This document shows, one piece after another, positions 39,006-51,404 of a stretch of 64,000 bases of DNA (its first letter is position 1; each line of letters starts with the position of its first letter). The position numbers and the translations under genes were made by a program. Source of the stretch: Adineta vaga (Eukaryota; Animalia; Rotifera); assembly GCA_021613535.1 (NCBI GenBank), contig CP075495.1:14570001-14634000 (forward strand), given 5' to 3'. The notes beneath the pieces are model-generated. The model was not told the DNA's origin. It saw only the letters and a list, made by a program, of their open reading frames with translations, and made no database searches.

Positions 39006-39814
39006 TCATAACAAAGGAAAATATTCATGAAAGGTTTTTGGACGAACAAATGGTTCACATACATCAAGACTTTTTAGTTTGCCAAAATTATAATACGTTA
39101 GGTCATAGGTAAAATTGTTTGTTATAAACATAAGTGCTTCATATTCTATGGAGAGATGTGATAAAGGAGGTAAATACATGTTCTTTTTGAAAAGAAATCG
39201 TCGAAGGTACTGAGGATGTGTGTGTCTTACATCAAGATATGTGAGATTTGGAAATGTGATTAGTGTTGATGAATGTTGATAGTCTTCCTGTGGCCATGTA
39301 TTATGAAGATGTAGTATTTTGAGAAAAGGAAAACTTTGAGAAATAATTTGAAACAATTTAGTTTCAAACGGAATACTTTCTTTCATTGTCAGTTTTCGAA
39401 CTTTGTGAAGTATTCCACCTGGAAAAGAATTGTCAATTGAAAAATATTCAAAATCATATGGAAGTGAATAAATGTGACATGCACTATCGCACGGGAATGC
39501 TGTTGGATTAATATATGAAGCTATTGGTGGATATCTTCGTTTGATTGAAGTTGAAGTTTAGTTTCAGTAAAGGGTATTACTGTCTTGATATTAAATGTAA
39601 ATTTCTTTAATTGTGTCATATAAATAAGAAACCGATCATATAATTGTATTCCATCAATATAATTCGAATCATCTCTTATGACTGATATGTATAATTTTAA
39701 CTCTTCAAGATAAATCATCCGACAAAGTAATGGAACAATTGAAGTATCATAATCAAATGAGTGATTAAATGCAGTCAACGAAAAATACTTCGATTTAGCA
39801 AGTTTTTTCTGCAA
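39006..39814 (-). pseudogene. 5'-truncated LRR-like gene fragment (F-box/LRR-type expanded family)
   Basis: LEELKLYI, LKKFTFNI, HIYSLPYDF, FPFLKILHL, FPNLTYL; internal stop at 39521; N-terminus missing. Confidence 0.6.
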
Positions 39815-39856
39815 ATAATATAAAAATATTTTAAAGTATTTTTATATAAACATGCC

Positions 39857-39969
39857 ATACATGTAAAGCTTGAAATTTATATTCAACTGAAAACCAAAAC
39901 TTCAATTGAAAAGTTTCAATTGAAAGGAGAGTTTTCAATTGAATTCAAGTTTCGAGTTTGACACTACTG
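39857..39969. repeat. Dispersed repeat with TTCAATTGAA palindromes, ending GACACTACTG
   Basis: Matches 6047-6373 and 17495-17525. Confidence 0.6.
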
Positions 39970-40180
39970 GAAAACTTATCATTTTTCTTATCATTGATGA
40001 CGTTCAAAGAGATTATCGATATTCAATTTCACTTGAACATATACGTATCTAATTAACGGAGAAGAAAAGAGAAAACGAATAAGAGAATTATCATCTCACA
40101 CTTCTCTCGTCTCTTCTCCTCCATATATATTCCGCTAGTCAACTATTTCATCCATTCGCTTACTCATCTGCAAGCACAAC

Positions 40181-40938
40181 ATGTCCAAACAAATTCGACA
40201 AGTAAGTTTACTACATATGTCTATTCAACTCATATCATGAATTCACTTTTCTTTCTAGAAAATCGCTCTTGCTATTCATAATACTTTTCGATCGTCAACA
40301 TCATCATCTTCAACTTCATCATCCAAATCAAGTTCGTTTTCTACTATTAAACCTCTGTCTGTCTTATATTTCACTGTTTTCTTTCGATATTTGTAGAGAT
40401 CTCATCATCTTGTTGTTCAATCGCCAAACCACAAGACTACGAATACGTTCCATATCAACCAAAACAATCTTCGTCATCATCATCTATTAACAATGACTAT
40501 GTAAGGTTCTCTCTCTTTCATTTCATTCATCTATCATTACCTTAGGTTGATCTAAGTGAATGTTATTCATGGTCATCATCATCTTCTTCACGAGATTCAG
40601 GCATTTCATTTGGTACAAATACTTCGTCTCTCTCATCTATATCTCATCATCATTATCATCATCAACAACAACAACAACTTCAATCAACTCGAACCCTATC
40701 AGATGATTCATGTTCACTATCAACATTATCAGATCTCAGTTTAATTCCACATGATGAAATGAACATCTCGAATTTTGACGTCACTGGATGGCATTCGTTG
40801 CCAGAATCATTCGAATGTTGTCACTGTGAATGTCACCATTACATTGATCATGTTAACAAAATGCAGAAATATTTGTATGTTCCAGAACAATATCGAATAA
40901 AAAGAACGAAACATGAAGTTTATCCATTCATCTTGTAA
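40181..40938 (+). CDS. Orphan Ser-rich protein, copy 3 (inverted, more diverged)
   Basis: Same four-exon structure, open frame, ends EVYPFIL-stop. Confidence 0.8.
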
Positions 40939-41011
40939 CCGCGCCAGATGATTCGTATGTGTTTGTCTAATTATTGTCTGAGTGTTTGTTTTTATTGTCA
41001 GAATATATAGG

Positions 41012-41299
41012 ATGAGTACTGATATAATTTTGAAAATAAAATGTAATCTTAAATCATTCTATTGTAAACGACGATTTCCTATTTCTCAATGGACACTTGG
41101 CGATTTTCGTCTCTATATTGAACAATTACTTGATATTAGTATTGATAATCTTATTATTCTATTACATTCTCATGAATTAATGAAAGATCAAGATCAAACT
41201 CGACTATGCAATATCGTTCATGATAGTTCTGAACTCATTAAGAAAGAAGTAGAAGTAGAAAAATTACATTTCATGCTTGAAGACGCAATAGAAACATAA
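41012..41299 (+). CDS. Small ubiquitin-like (beta-grasp) protein, reminiscent of the TBCB Ubl domain
   Basis: IILKIKCN...KRRFP...TLGDFRLYIEQLLDI...LIILL...DQDQTRL pattern; no di-Gly. Confidence 0.45.
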   Translation: MSTDIILKIKCNLKSFYCKRRFPISQWTLGDFRLYIEQLLDISIDNLIILLHSHELMKDQDQTRLCNIVHDSSELIKKEVEVEKLHFMLEDAIET

Positions 41300-42945
41300 A
41301 ATCATATGACTCATTAGATTTACGTCCTAACGTTTATGACTTGATGTTAAGACCACATGTTTTTCAAAGAAAAAACAATAACGATTTTACATTATTTATA
41401 TGTTGAGAATACACAATATACTTTCATTACCATAACTGTAATTTCATCATACGACTCTGTTCTTTTCACTATTTGTCAACTATTACTCAGCATTACAAAA
41501 TACTACGATATTCCATTGAAAGAAGTATTGTAATGATGTCAGATTATTATCTTCACAAGCAAGGTGTAATTGCGACAGATAAATACTATAAAACTGTTCC
41601 AATGAATTTCTATTTGGTTTTCATTTTCTTTTGAAAATCTCTTCTATGCAACGATGTTATAGACTGTTGTTGTGGCTGTTGCTATGATGAAGCAAAAAAA
41701 ACTATTGTTTTGTAGGTTACATTTTTTGTCCCCGAAAAATGATTCTATGATTTTATGTTTGCATACTTCGCAAAGAAAATACCATGTCATTGACGTCATC
41801 GTCTCGAAGACGAAATCACATTTTAAATAATTATTCATTCTTATCTTATCTTGAACATATACGGATGGTTTTTTCCCTTTTCATGTATTTGAATTTATAC
41901 ATATGCATGATATTTCACCTTGATCTTAATCGCGATGAATCACTCAGATACGAGTAGGAGTGTCTACTACCGTTTGGCATCTTTTTTTTCCCTTATGATT
42001 ACTCATCGATTATGTCTGACGGCGAACAACAGTTTAGTTCTTATGACATGGAGCAACGACACGCTGGCGTTCTCTTTCTATAGACGTAATTGTGTAAGTA
42101 CACGTGCACATCACATCATTTTTCTGTTCTTGCGCAATTCAGTCATCGTGGTTATTGCACTATATATAAACGCTATTGCTTCATTCAGTTTATTCTCATT
42201 TTTACAAGTTGCAAACTACTATACTTAATACATACACATTACTACCTATTTGTTTGACATTCACTGTGCATCATCAGGCAATCTCTGTCACACAATTTTC
42301 TGCTAATATGGTTTATAACGCTCTTGATATTGCTCATCAATTAATTCAAAGTTCATTACCAAAACCTCGCTCATTATCATCTTCGCCAAAACATTATCTA
42401 ACAATGACTTCACTTAAACGAACTCGTGTCCCTCCACTCATGGCTCAACCATTCGAAGTTATTAACGTTACAACCGACACCGACTCCAACACTCAGGATG
42501 GTAATAAACCATCTGAACAAGCTCACGGTTGAACCTAAAGATATGAATTATCTTGTGAACTTCTTACACAAAATATTCTTTTCAATTGGATCATATGATC
42601 ATATTTCATTGATTCAATAGTATGTACATAATAAAACGATTAGAATAGTTTCTTTATTCATTATATTTCTTTTTCTTATATTAGTGTTGAAGCAATCCAT
42701 ATTTGAATATATATTCCAGTTAACGGAATATTTACCTTTGGTGGGTCTTGTCGACAATTACAAAATCCATTCGACAAACAATCCTGTTCGTCAAAAAACG
42801 AAATCTTCAAGGAAAAAATGCTGTCGTATTTGTTTCGACGTCTTTTTCTGTTAGAATTTTATTGTCATACTTATTAGATCATAAGAAAAATAAAAGAAAT
42901 ACACGAATGTTTTTTGAAACTATTTTCACATTTCTATGACTCCTC

Positions 42946-43546
42946 TTAATCATGAACAAGTTTTTTGAGTTTTTCAATTGCTTCATTATTCAATGATGGC
43001 CATTGTAAAACTTCTAAATCTTCTTTCATATGTTGTTCGTTTGTAGTACCTGTCAGTGGTGTTAAACCAGTATCTAATAAAAATCGAAAGAAAACTTGTT
43101 CCGATGTACCATGACGTTCTTGTGCAAGTTTTTTTATTAATGAATGATTGAGAATATCTGGATTTGCTGTTAATATCCAAAAACTTTGATAGAAAATGTT
43201 GTTTTCACGACAAAATTGTCTGATATCATTATCAAAATTAGTTTCAGCATAGAAACGATTCTGTATCACTGATGGTTTATGTCGAGCATCTTTATATAAT
43301 CTTTTCAAACCGTTTAAATCATATAAATTACTAATACCTAATTGTTTCACACGACCATCATGAACCAATTTTTCAAATTCTCGATAAACTTGCATGTTTA
43401 TAGCATGAGATTGTAGTGGACTATGAAGTACTAATGAATCAATATAATCAATGTGTAAATTTTGTTTGAATAAATAAATCTTGACTTGAAATATTATGTT
43501 TTGTTTGAAATTCATGAAGTGCTTGACCAACAAGATTTTCACTATA
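42946..43546 (-). pseudogene. Aldo/keto reductase pseudogene, 5'-truncated
   Basis: YIDSLVLHSP, LGISN, IQNRFY, PLTGTT; lacks the N-terminus and carries a frameshifting deletion near 43460. Confidence 0.85.
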
Positions 43547-44197
43547 CATTTTCAAAGAAAACAAATTTTAAAGATCAAGAGTCACTGTTGATATGAATCA
43601 TTCAAGTGATTAGTATTTCAATTCTACTAATGACAGTATCAGAATCAGATTTATACTGTGATAGCATTAAACAGCGTGAAAGACAATGAATAACTTATTA
43701 TAATATTATTACATTGAAACAAATAAATCGAAAAATTTCTTTTACACTTCTTCTTTTCTTTCAAGCAAGAAGCCAATGGTCTGTCGACATACTTTGGTAT
43801 TCAACGCCCTCTTTTCTGTTATTCAGATTAAGTGTAGTTTAATACTATTGGATTTGTATTTTTAGCCAATCTGAATTTCCTGCTGTATGATTTGATTCGA
43901 CCTGATACAGAGATCAATAAGGGGCCAAACACACCAAAGATGATTCAAATCGAGTTAACTCATCTTTTTTAGACGGTTTAACAATCGTGTGAGTTGTAGC
44001 GCGCCAATCATATCGCTTCTTTTCGATTTAAGTTAAATCACTTTTTGGTGTGTTTGAGCTCTAACTATTTCTATCGGCGAAATTATCTTTTTCTTATTTG
44101 ATTCAAATCATTTGTATTATCTTTGAACGTATTTACCTTTAATTATTAACATATTGATCGTATTCATTGTTTGAATTGTTTCTTGCTACGAAAGAAA

Positions 44198-46033
44198 ATG
44201 GAACATGATAATAATCAAATACCAAAACATTTCATTGAAGCTAAAACGTAAAAAAAATATTTCTCTGAGTTTTTTCCTTCATGGTATTTATTGTCAGAGA
44301 AAACAGAGAAGTAAGGTCAACATTAACATATTACCTCTTCTCTATTTGTTTGAATTATAAGTAAACTTGAGAATTTGTGGTGAACGCTTGTTTTATTCAA
44401 ATATGTTTCATTTCTGACAATTCTTTGAGGTTTTTTCGTGAGACAGCGAAGAAAGATTAACAGAATTTTACTGATTTTATCATCTTTTTCTTTCCTATGT
44501 TTAGATATCGTCCTGTTCTGTACAAATGCAAAGATGATTCTTCTTTGTCTCTCGATGAATCATTACCTTATCCTCGACCTGGTGTTGTTGATGAGTTCGT
44601 TTCAGTGTCACCAACTGTTGGGATGATTGTGGGAAAGAATAAGATTGTGGAATGTTCATCGCTTGAAAATGATAGTTTTCATCAAGTTGGTAAGTATTAT
44701 TTCTGATAACTATTATAAATCTAGTAGAATCAATCAATCATGACAAGTTATATGGAAAATTGATTCTCATAAATTGAATTGATAGAATATTAAAAGAAGA
44801 AACAAAAACGTATACTTCTCCACATATTTCCCTGAGTTCTCTTTACATTCATCGTAAGCTTTCATATTTGATGTTAAAAATATATTATAATTCTTCTAAA
44901 TTATGAGAAACTATGTATAAATTGAAGAGTATTTGATAAAGGAAAACTTCTTTTCAATATTTATTTTTAGAACCAAATGAATTAGATCCTGCCTTCGTTA
45001 GGCTAGAACTGATGTTACCAATATATAATCGATGGAAGAATCAATTTGGTGAAGAAGATCATGGAGAATCTGATTTAATTGCATTTATTAAACAACTTAA
45101 AGATGAAGAAATTTCAATTTATTTTACCGATACTATTCTTGAAAAAGCTAAAAAATGGAATGATGAACATGGTTATGGAATTATTGATTTGATTCGATAT
45201 GCAATTATTGATGGATTAGAAAATAAACGACAATGTCCATTAACACCTTTCGATACATCACGCGACAAAGAATGGATTGAACAAGTTTATGATTCGGTGC
45301 GTGATGGTGAACTCTCATACAAACGTCATTTACAAGTTTATACCAGCGATGATCCTTTACATATTTCACCAGAAAAAGATCTTCGAAATTTAATGTCAAT
45401 TTTCAAAGATCAAACCCTTGAAGAACAAATATTTTTCTATCATGGAACCACAGAAATCAATGCTCAATTGATCATCTCGCGTGGCATTCATTTACATTTA
45501 AATAGATCACGTCCAGGTGATTTTGGTTTTGGTTTTTACACTACGAATAGTCTGTTCGATGCTTTAAGACATGCTGAAAATCGAGCCAACAGAACTGATG
45601 GCGAACAACGAGCAGCATGTTTGATATTCTCCATTTCAAAACATGAATTTAATTCTTATCAAATTGTTCGTCTTTCATATGATGAAAAACATGAAGTAGC
45701 AGGAGAGTAAGTTATTCTTGATCTTCGATGTTTTTTATTTGTTTTTACTGTAGGAAAATGGATGAATCTACAATCAACAACAACAATATATTTGAATGGT
45801 GCAATTTTGTTTATAAATGTTTAAATAATGATCCACCACTACCATTGATACACAATAAAGATGCAATTATTGGTCCAATATCAATGAATTTAAGAAACAT
45901 TACCCTTGGACATAAACCAATTAAAAGAAGAGGAAGACCAATACCAACACAAACAGCTATTATCTCAATGAAATTGGTCTTTGCTTTACTCGATGGATTA
46001 AAAGGTGTGATTATCTCGGGTAAAAAAAAATGA
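44198..46033 (+). CDS. Protein with C-terminal DUF3990-like ADP-ribosyltransferase-fold domain; 4 exons
   Basis: FYHGT, DFGFGFYTT, EWCNFV, DAIIGPI; exons about 44198-44247, 44505-44689, 44971-45706 and 45754-46033 join in frame. Confidence 0.75.
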
Positions 46034-46798
46034 ATTTTCATTTGGATAAGTTTTCTTTTGTCGTTTTTTTCGTGTACCTTTTATGTTTCATTGTTCGCAT
46101 TCATTTCATGATTTTTTTGTTCTACTTTTTTTTCTCTCTTCTTTGCTATGTATGAATTGGTTCTTGATACTGAACAATAAAGAAAACCAAAGCAGAAAAC
46201 AAGCAAACATAAATAATCAATGGTTTCAAAGAGAAAATCTTCGTGAACATAACTTTATTATTAATTTTAGCACAAAAGTTTTCCTAGAATGTAAACAAAG
46301 TTTTTATTTCTTTATGAATTACTGTGTGAAATGAATTTTCAACTGTGTCTATCTCCATGCTTTTTTCAATTATCGGATAAGAATTGGTTAACGTTACGTA
46401 CAAAATAATTAAGTTCATTTCTACTAAAAAAAAATGTATTTCAAAAGCTAACAAAAGATAGCATTTATTTATTTTTGGTTTTATTTCAAAGAATATTCGT
46501 TTTTCATGTGTGATTCACATCAAATAATGCATCATTTGAAATAATAACGATAATCTATATGATTTGTTAATGAAAACTATTCACTCATAACAACGAACAA
46601 TTGTCCGTTCAACATTAATATCAACACCACCTAATACATAAATATTGTTCAAATTCTGGATTATCAATCCTAGAATCGTCACTGTCAATAGAGTGTGTCA
46701 ACGAAAAATAAACAGCAACTTACATGCATGTATATTTAAAAGAGAGCTATAATACAACGCTTGATTATACAAAGTTGAAAATAAAATTCTCTTTTACA

Positions 46799-47552
46799 TC
46801 ACTCATGAATTAATTTTTGAAGTTTTTCAATTGGTTCATAATTCGATGATGACCATTGTAAAATTTCTAAATCTTCTTTCATATGCTGTTCATTTGTAGT
46901 ACCTGTCAGTGGTGTTAAGTCAATATCTGATAAAAATCGAAAGAAAACTTATTCCGATGTACCATGACTTTCTTGTGCAAGTTGTTTGATTAATGAATGA
47001 TTGAGAATTTCTGGATTTGCTGTTAATGTCCAGAAACTTTGATAGACAATATTGTTTTCACGACAAAATTGTCTGATATCATTATCAAAATTAGTTTCAG
47101 CATAGAAACGATTCTGTATCACTGATGGTTTATGTCGAGCATCTTTATATAATCTTTTCAAACCGTTTAAATCATATAAATTACTAATACCTAATTGTTT
47201 CACACGACCATCATGAACGAATTTTTCAAATTCTCGATAAACTTGCATGTTTATAGCATGAGATTGTAGTGGACTATGAAGTACTAATGAATCAATATAA
47301 TCAATGTGTAAATTTTGTTTGAATAAATAAATCTTGACTTGAAATATTATGTTTTGTTTGAAATTCAAGAAGTGCTTGACCAACAAGATCTTCACTATAG
47401 TGTTTTGGTTCACATGCAGTATCAATACCACGAAAACCATTTAAAATTGCTTTAGTAACAAGAGATGTTGTTGCTTCTTTTTTCCAAGCTGTACCATAAA
47501 TTAAACGAGGCATTTGAATACCAGCATCAGTAGTGACTGTTATTGTTGACAT
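46799..47552 (-). pseudogene. Aldo/keto reductase pseudogene, intronless
   Basis: MPRLIYGTAWKK, GFRGIDTA, QTKFT, then the same frameshifting deletion near 47310 plus a stop at 46949. Confidence 0.85.
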
Positions 47553-48854
47553 GAATATATCTCTACCAAACTGTGATGAAAAAGAAAACGAGATATTTAT
47601 ATTTGGAGTATCCTTTATAAAACATGATTTCTTTGTCTGATTGGTTCATCCTGTCTATAAGAAGCCAGCATAATCCTCTTTGGTTCACTGATGATGATGG
47701 ATCCAAATAAGTTTTGAAACGACAAAGAAGTTAAAATATTCTCATCAATCATTCTTTCAGAATAGAAAAATGCCACTGTTTGAGATAATTATATATGTAT
47801 ACGTTTGATTACAGAGCAAATGTTCTCTTGACATCAATTCTATCGTTTTCATCATATCTCCTGTTTTATCTTGTTTGATATTATCTCACCTTTTCCTTCA
47901 AATTGCTCTTTAATGACCATTGATTTCCTCTCGAAGTTAAAATAAAATCTACCCCAGGAGTTCTTTCTCTTCGATAAAATCTATCAATCCATTCAATTGT
48001 TCGATCAAATTGTTCAAGAGATCAGCAACATCAACAAAAAATACGAATAAAAATAGCCATTAGTCGAACATTTCCATATGATAACCGTTTTATTTATCTA
48101 TGTTAAATAGCATGTTATATGTTAGCTCGAATGTCACATGAATATTAACCGTAAAACACGATCGGTGGGGATGATCATGATTATGATGATAATATTGTTA
48201 TTCTTAAATGAAATTCATCCGTAACCGACATATGTTGTTTCTTGTTCCGGTTAGATGTTCGTTTTCTTGTGAAAATGAAAAACTAGTCAATGGAGAAAAC
48301 TTTCAAATACGACAATTGACTATTTAGCACTTCATTGTTGCTTCAATCACCACAGGAAAGTTTTGATTGATCAACTGTCGGCTTATCTTTTCTATGTTCA
48401 TTTATCAATATGATTGATCAGAAATATATTTACAACGGTGTGTTAAAAACTTTTCTTTTATCTTAAAACAATCGAACTAAATTTCAAGTCTGTAGGTTTT
48501 CATAGAGTAGAGCAAAACAAATCTAATTCTATTCAATCGAATTGATAAGATTACATTTTGTATGTAGAATTCAATTGATAAACTACATTAATTGGTTTAT
48601 TACATTGATTACAATTATTCTTGCTAAGTGTGATTTGATTATGACGGACGAAAATAAATTTTCTTTCGTATTAAAATTTTATTGGTTCATTTCATTCTTT
48701 TCAATCCAATCGAAGAGAAAGAGGCAGAGAGAGAGAAAAAGAAAGAAAAAGATAAATACCGTCATTTATTAAAAGTCATCAACAAATAAGTAATTTCATT
48801 CATTCGAAAATTGAACATTCAGATAACAACGAAAAGAATTCATTTGCTAATCAA

Positions 48855-49994
48855 ATGTCATCATCATCAGGAAGTTCAAATACCAATTCAGTAAGTTTAA
48901 CAAAGAGAATCTTGAATGAAACTATTAATCTTTAATTATATAGAATGCTCTTCTATCAAATATTGTTACATCAGCTTTACGACAATTCAACTGGGCTGAA
49001 TTAGAACAAAAGCAACCAAAGCCTGCAAAACCTCTTCATGTTAAACGGCCTATGAATGCTTTTATGGTATGGGCACAGACTGCACGAAAAGCCTTAACTG
49101 CTAATCTATCGATTGTTAATAATGCACAATTAAGTAAAACATTAGGCAAAATGTGGAAGTAAGTTGTTTGAAAGATAATATGTTGTTGGAATTGAACATT
49201 TTTTACTATAGAGAATTACCACAAGAAGAACGTCAATTATTTGTTGAAGAAGCTGAACGTATTCGTGAACAACATAAACGTGATCATCCAGAATATCGTT
49301 ATCAACCAAAACGAAAAGGAAAAAGTATGCCATTTGTAAATTCTTTCCTTAACTTTTCGACTCAAACATGTTTATCTTTTTCTAGATGCTCGTTATCATC
49401 CTTATTCAACACCGAATACAAGTAAATCATCAGCATCACCTTCCTCTTCGTCTGTTAATGATATAAGCGTACAAAGTGATCAACATCCACCTATAACATC
49501 TTCACCATGTTCATCATCATTCGATGAACCATCAACAATTTCACCATCATTTATTCCATCATATCCAACTCAACAAATCTATTCAAATAAATATCAACAT
49601 TCTCATGATGATCCTCTTGACAATGATGACAATGCTTGTAGTTCAAAAGAAAACTTTCCACCAGTCTCATATTATTCAAAAACAAATATTCCAACCAATC
49701 AACAATATGAAACAATCACTAATGGACATTATTCCACCGAACATTTCTCCTATCCAAGTAAGTTGATGGAATTTCAAACGATTTCTCTTATACATTCATT
49801 TTTGATATTTAGATATGTATAATGCATATTATCCATCATTTCCACATCCTTCTACAGTTACAGACTATGACACACATACCACTCGTTATAATACAAATTA
49901 TGGTTTAATTTCGTACGATTCATCGTATATGACATATCCATCCGGAACAACGAATTTCAGTTATATCAATAATCCTTATTCGTCGATTCAATAA
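48855..49994 (+). CDS. SoxE: SoxE-group HMG-box transcription factor
   Basis: HVKRPMNAFMVWAQ...LSKTLGKMWK/EL...HKRDHPEYRYQPKRK, preceded by a dimerisation-like segment IVTSALRQFNWAEL. Confidence 0.85.
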
Positions 49995-50092
49995 ACATTC
50001 TCTTTTTTGTAGAAAAAAAAAGAATCTCTTGTGTTATTTTTTTATATATAAATATTGTGTAAACATAAAAATAAATTATGCAAATCTAATCG

Positions 50093-50759
50093 TTAGAGAT
50101 CTTTATGTTTTTCAGCTAGTCCAATATCAATATTTTCTTGAGGAGCTTTTTCTGGTTGTTTCGATAATTCAGGATGTGGTTTGTCAGATGCCAATTGACC
50201 AGCATCGACGAATTGCTGAGCAAGTTCTAATTGAAGTTTGTCATCAAGTTTTGAACGAAGTGGTTGAAGAATATCGCTTTCTTCTTCCTTTAGATGATGC
50301 ACTAAAAAGAACAAGAGGTGAAAACTTTTGAAGAAAAAGAAAAATTTTCTAAACTATACTTAGTTTCTCCACTGATTTACGTATTTGTTTCCATGTTACT
50401 GTTGATTGTTCAGCTAATTTTTTTAATTCACTTTCAAGTTGACGATGTTCTTTAATACCGTGTTCAATTAAATGATGTCCACCTTTTTTTTCATCTTTTA
50501 AATATTGTTCAACTTTGGGATAGAAGGCTATTTCTTCTTTATGACCATGAAGAGCAATATATGCAATCCATTGACGAACACGTGGATCAAGTTCAGTAGT
50601 ATCATCAATGGATTTGAAATGTTCATATTCGTTACGCATATGTTGATGTTCCGATAAAATTAGATCGATAATTCCAACTGATTGTGTGGAAGTGGCGGTC
50701 GTAATTGGCCGGTAAAGAAGTAATAGAGGTGCAACGATAAAACGTCGGAAGAACAACAT
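50093..50759 (-). CDS. HHE hemerythrin-like cation-binding protein with presequence-like N-terminus; 2 exons
   Basis: EH, HGHKEEIAFYP, EH, HHLKEEE ligand pattern and PHP motif; intron about 50303-50360. Confidence 0.85.
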
Positions 50760-51404
50760 TGTATTGTATGATATTTAATAAAATGAAGGGTATTGTGCTG
50801 TATGTTGTTTGTACTTGATGAACTGAGTCATGTATTACATCATACTGGTTGGAGAAAGCAGCAATCATTACCAATCGATTAGCGAAATCTGTCGGAGAGT
50901 TGAGATGTTTTCATTTTTTGGATTATTTTTGATTCAGTTTCATCAATTGAAAGAAAATAATGTAAAATCTTCCATAATGAATACATCACTCTGTTTTCTC
51001 TTACAAATCATTCCATATTCCGACAAATCCCTCAATATAAAAAAGAACAAAAAATATAATAAAAAACTTTATTTTTCAAGAAATCAACCGTATCTTTATT
51101 AATAAAAAAAACAATTTATATAAGAGCACGTGCAAATCTGGTGTATTATCATATTGTTTGAATCTTCTGTTCTACAGCATGCACTCATATACATGAACCA
51201 AAACACAGTAAAAAAATAAGAGAAAAAGAAACAAGAACGTAAAGAAAAAGTTGAATGGCACGCACGTAAGTTCACTTTCGTATTAACACAAAGATAAAAC
51301 AAGAAAAATACTAGACTAACTTTCTTTTTTTTCTGAATCTCTCTCTATATATATAGAATTTTATCGTGATAGAATGAAGCAAAAATAAATAAATAAATCA
51401 ATCT

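Noticed and set aside
41850-42720. ORFs 41920-42228 and 42176-42532 as genes or a transposon
   Set aside because: No recognisable domain, TIR or TSD; possibly a repeat relic but unsupported
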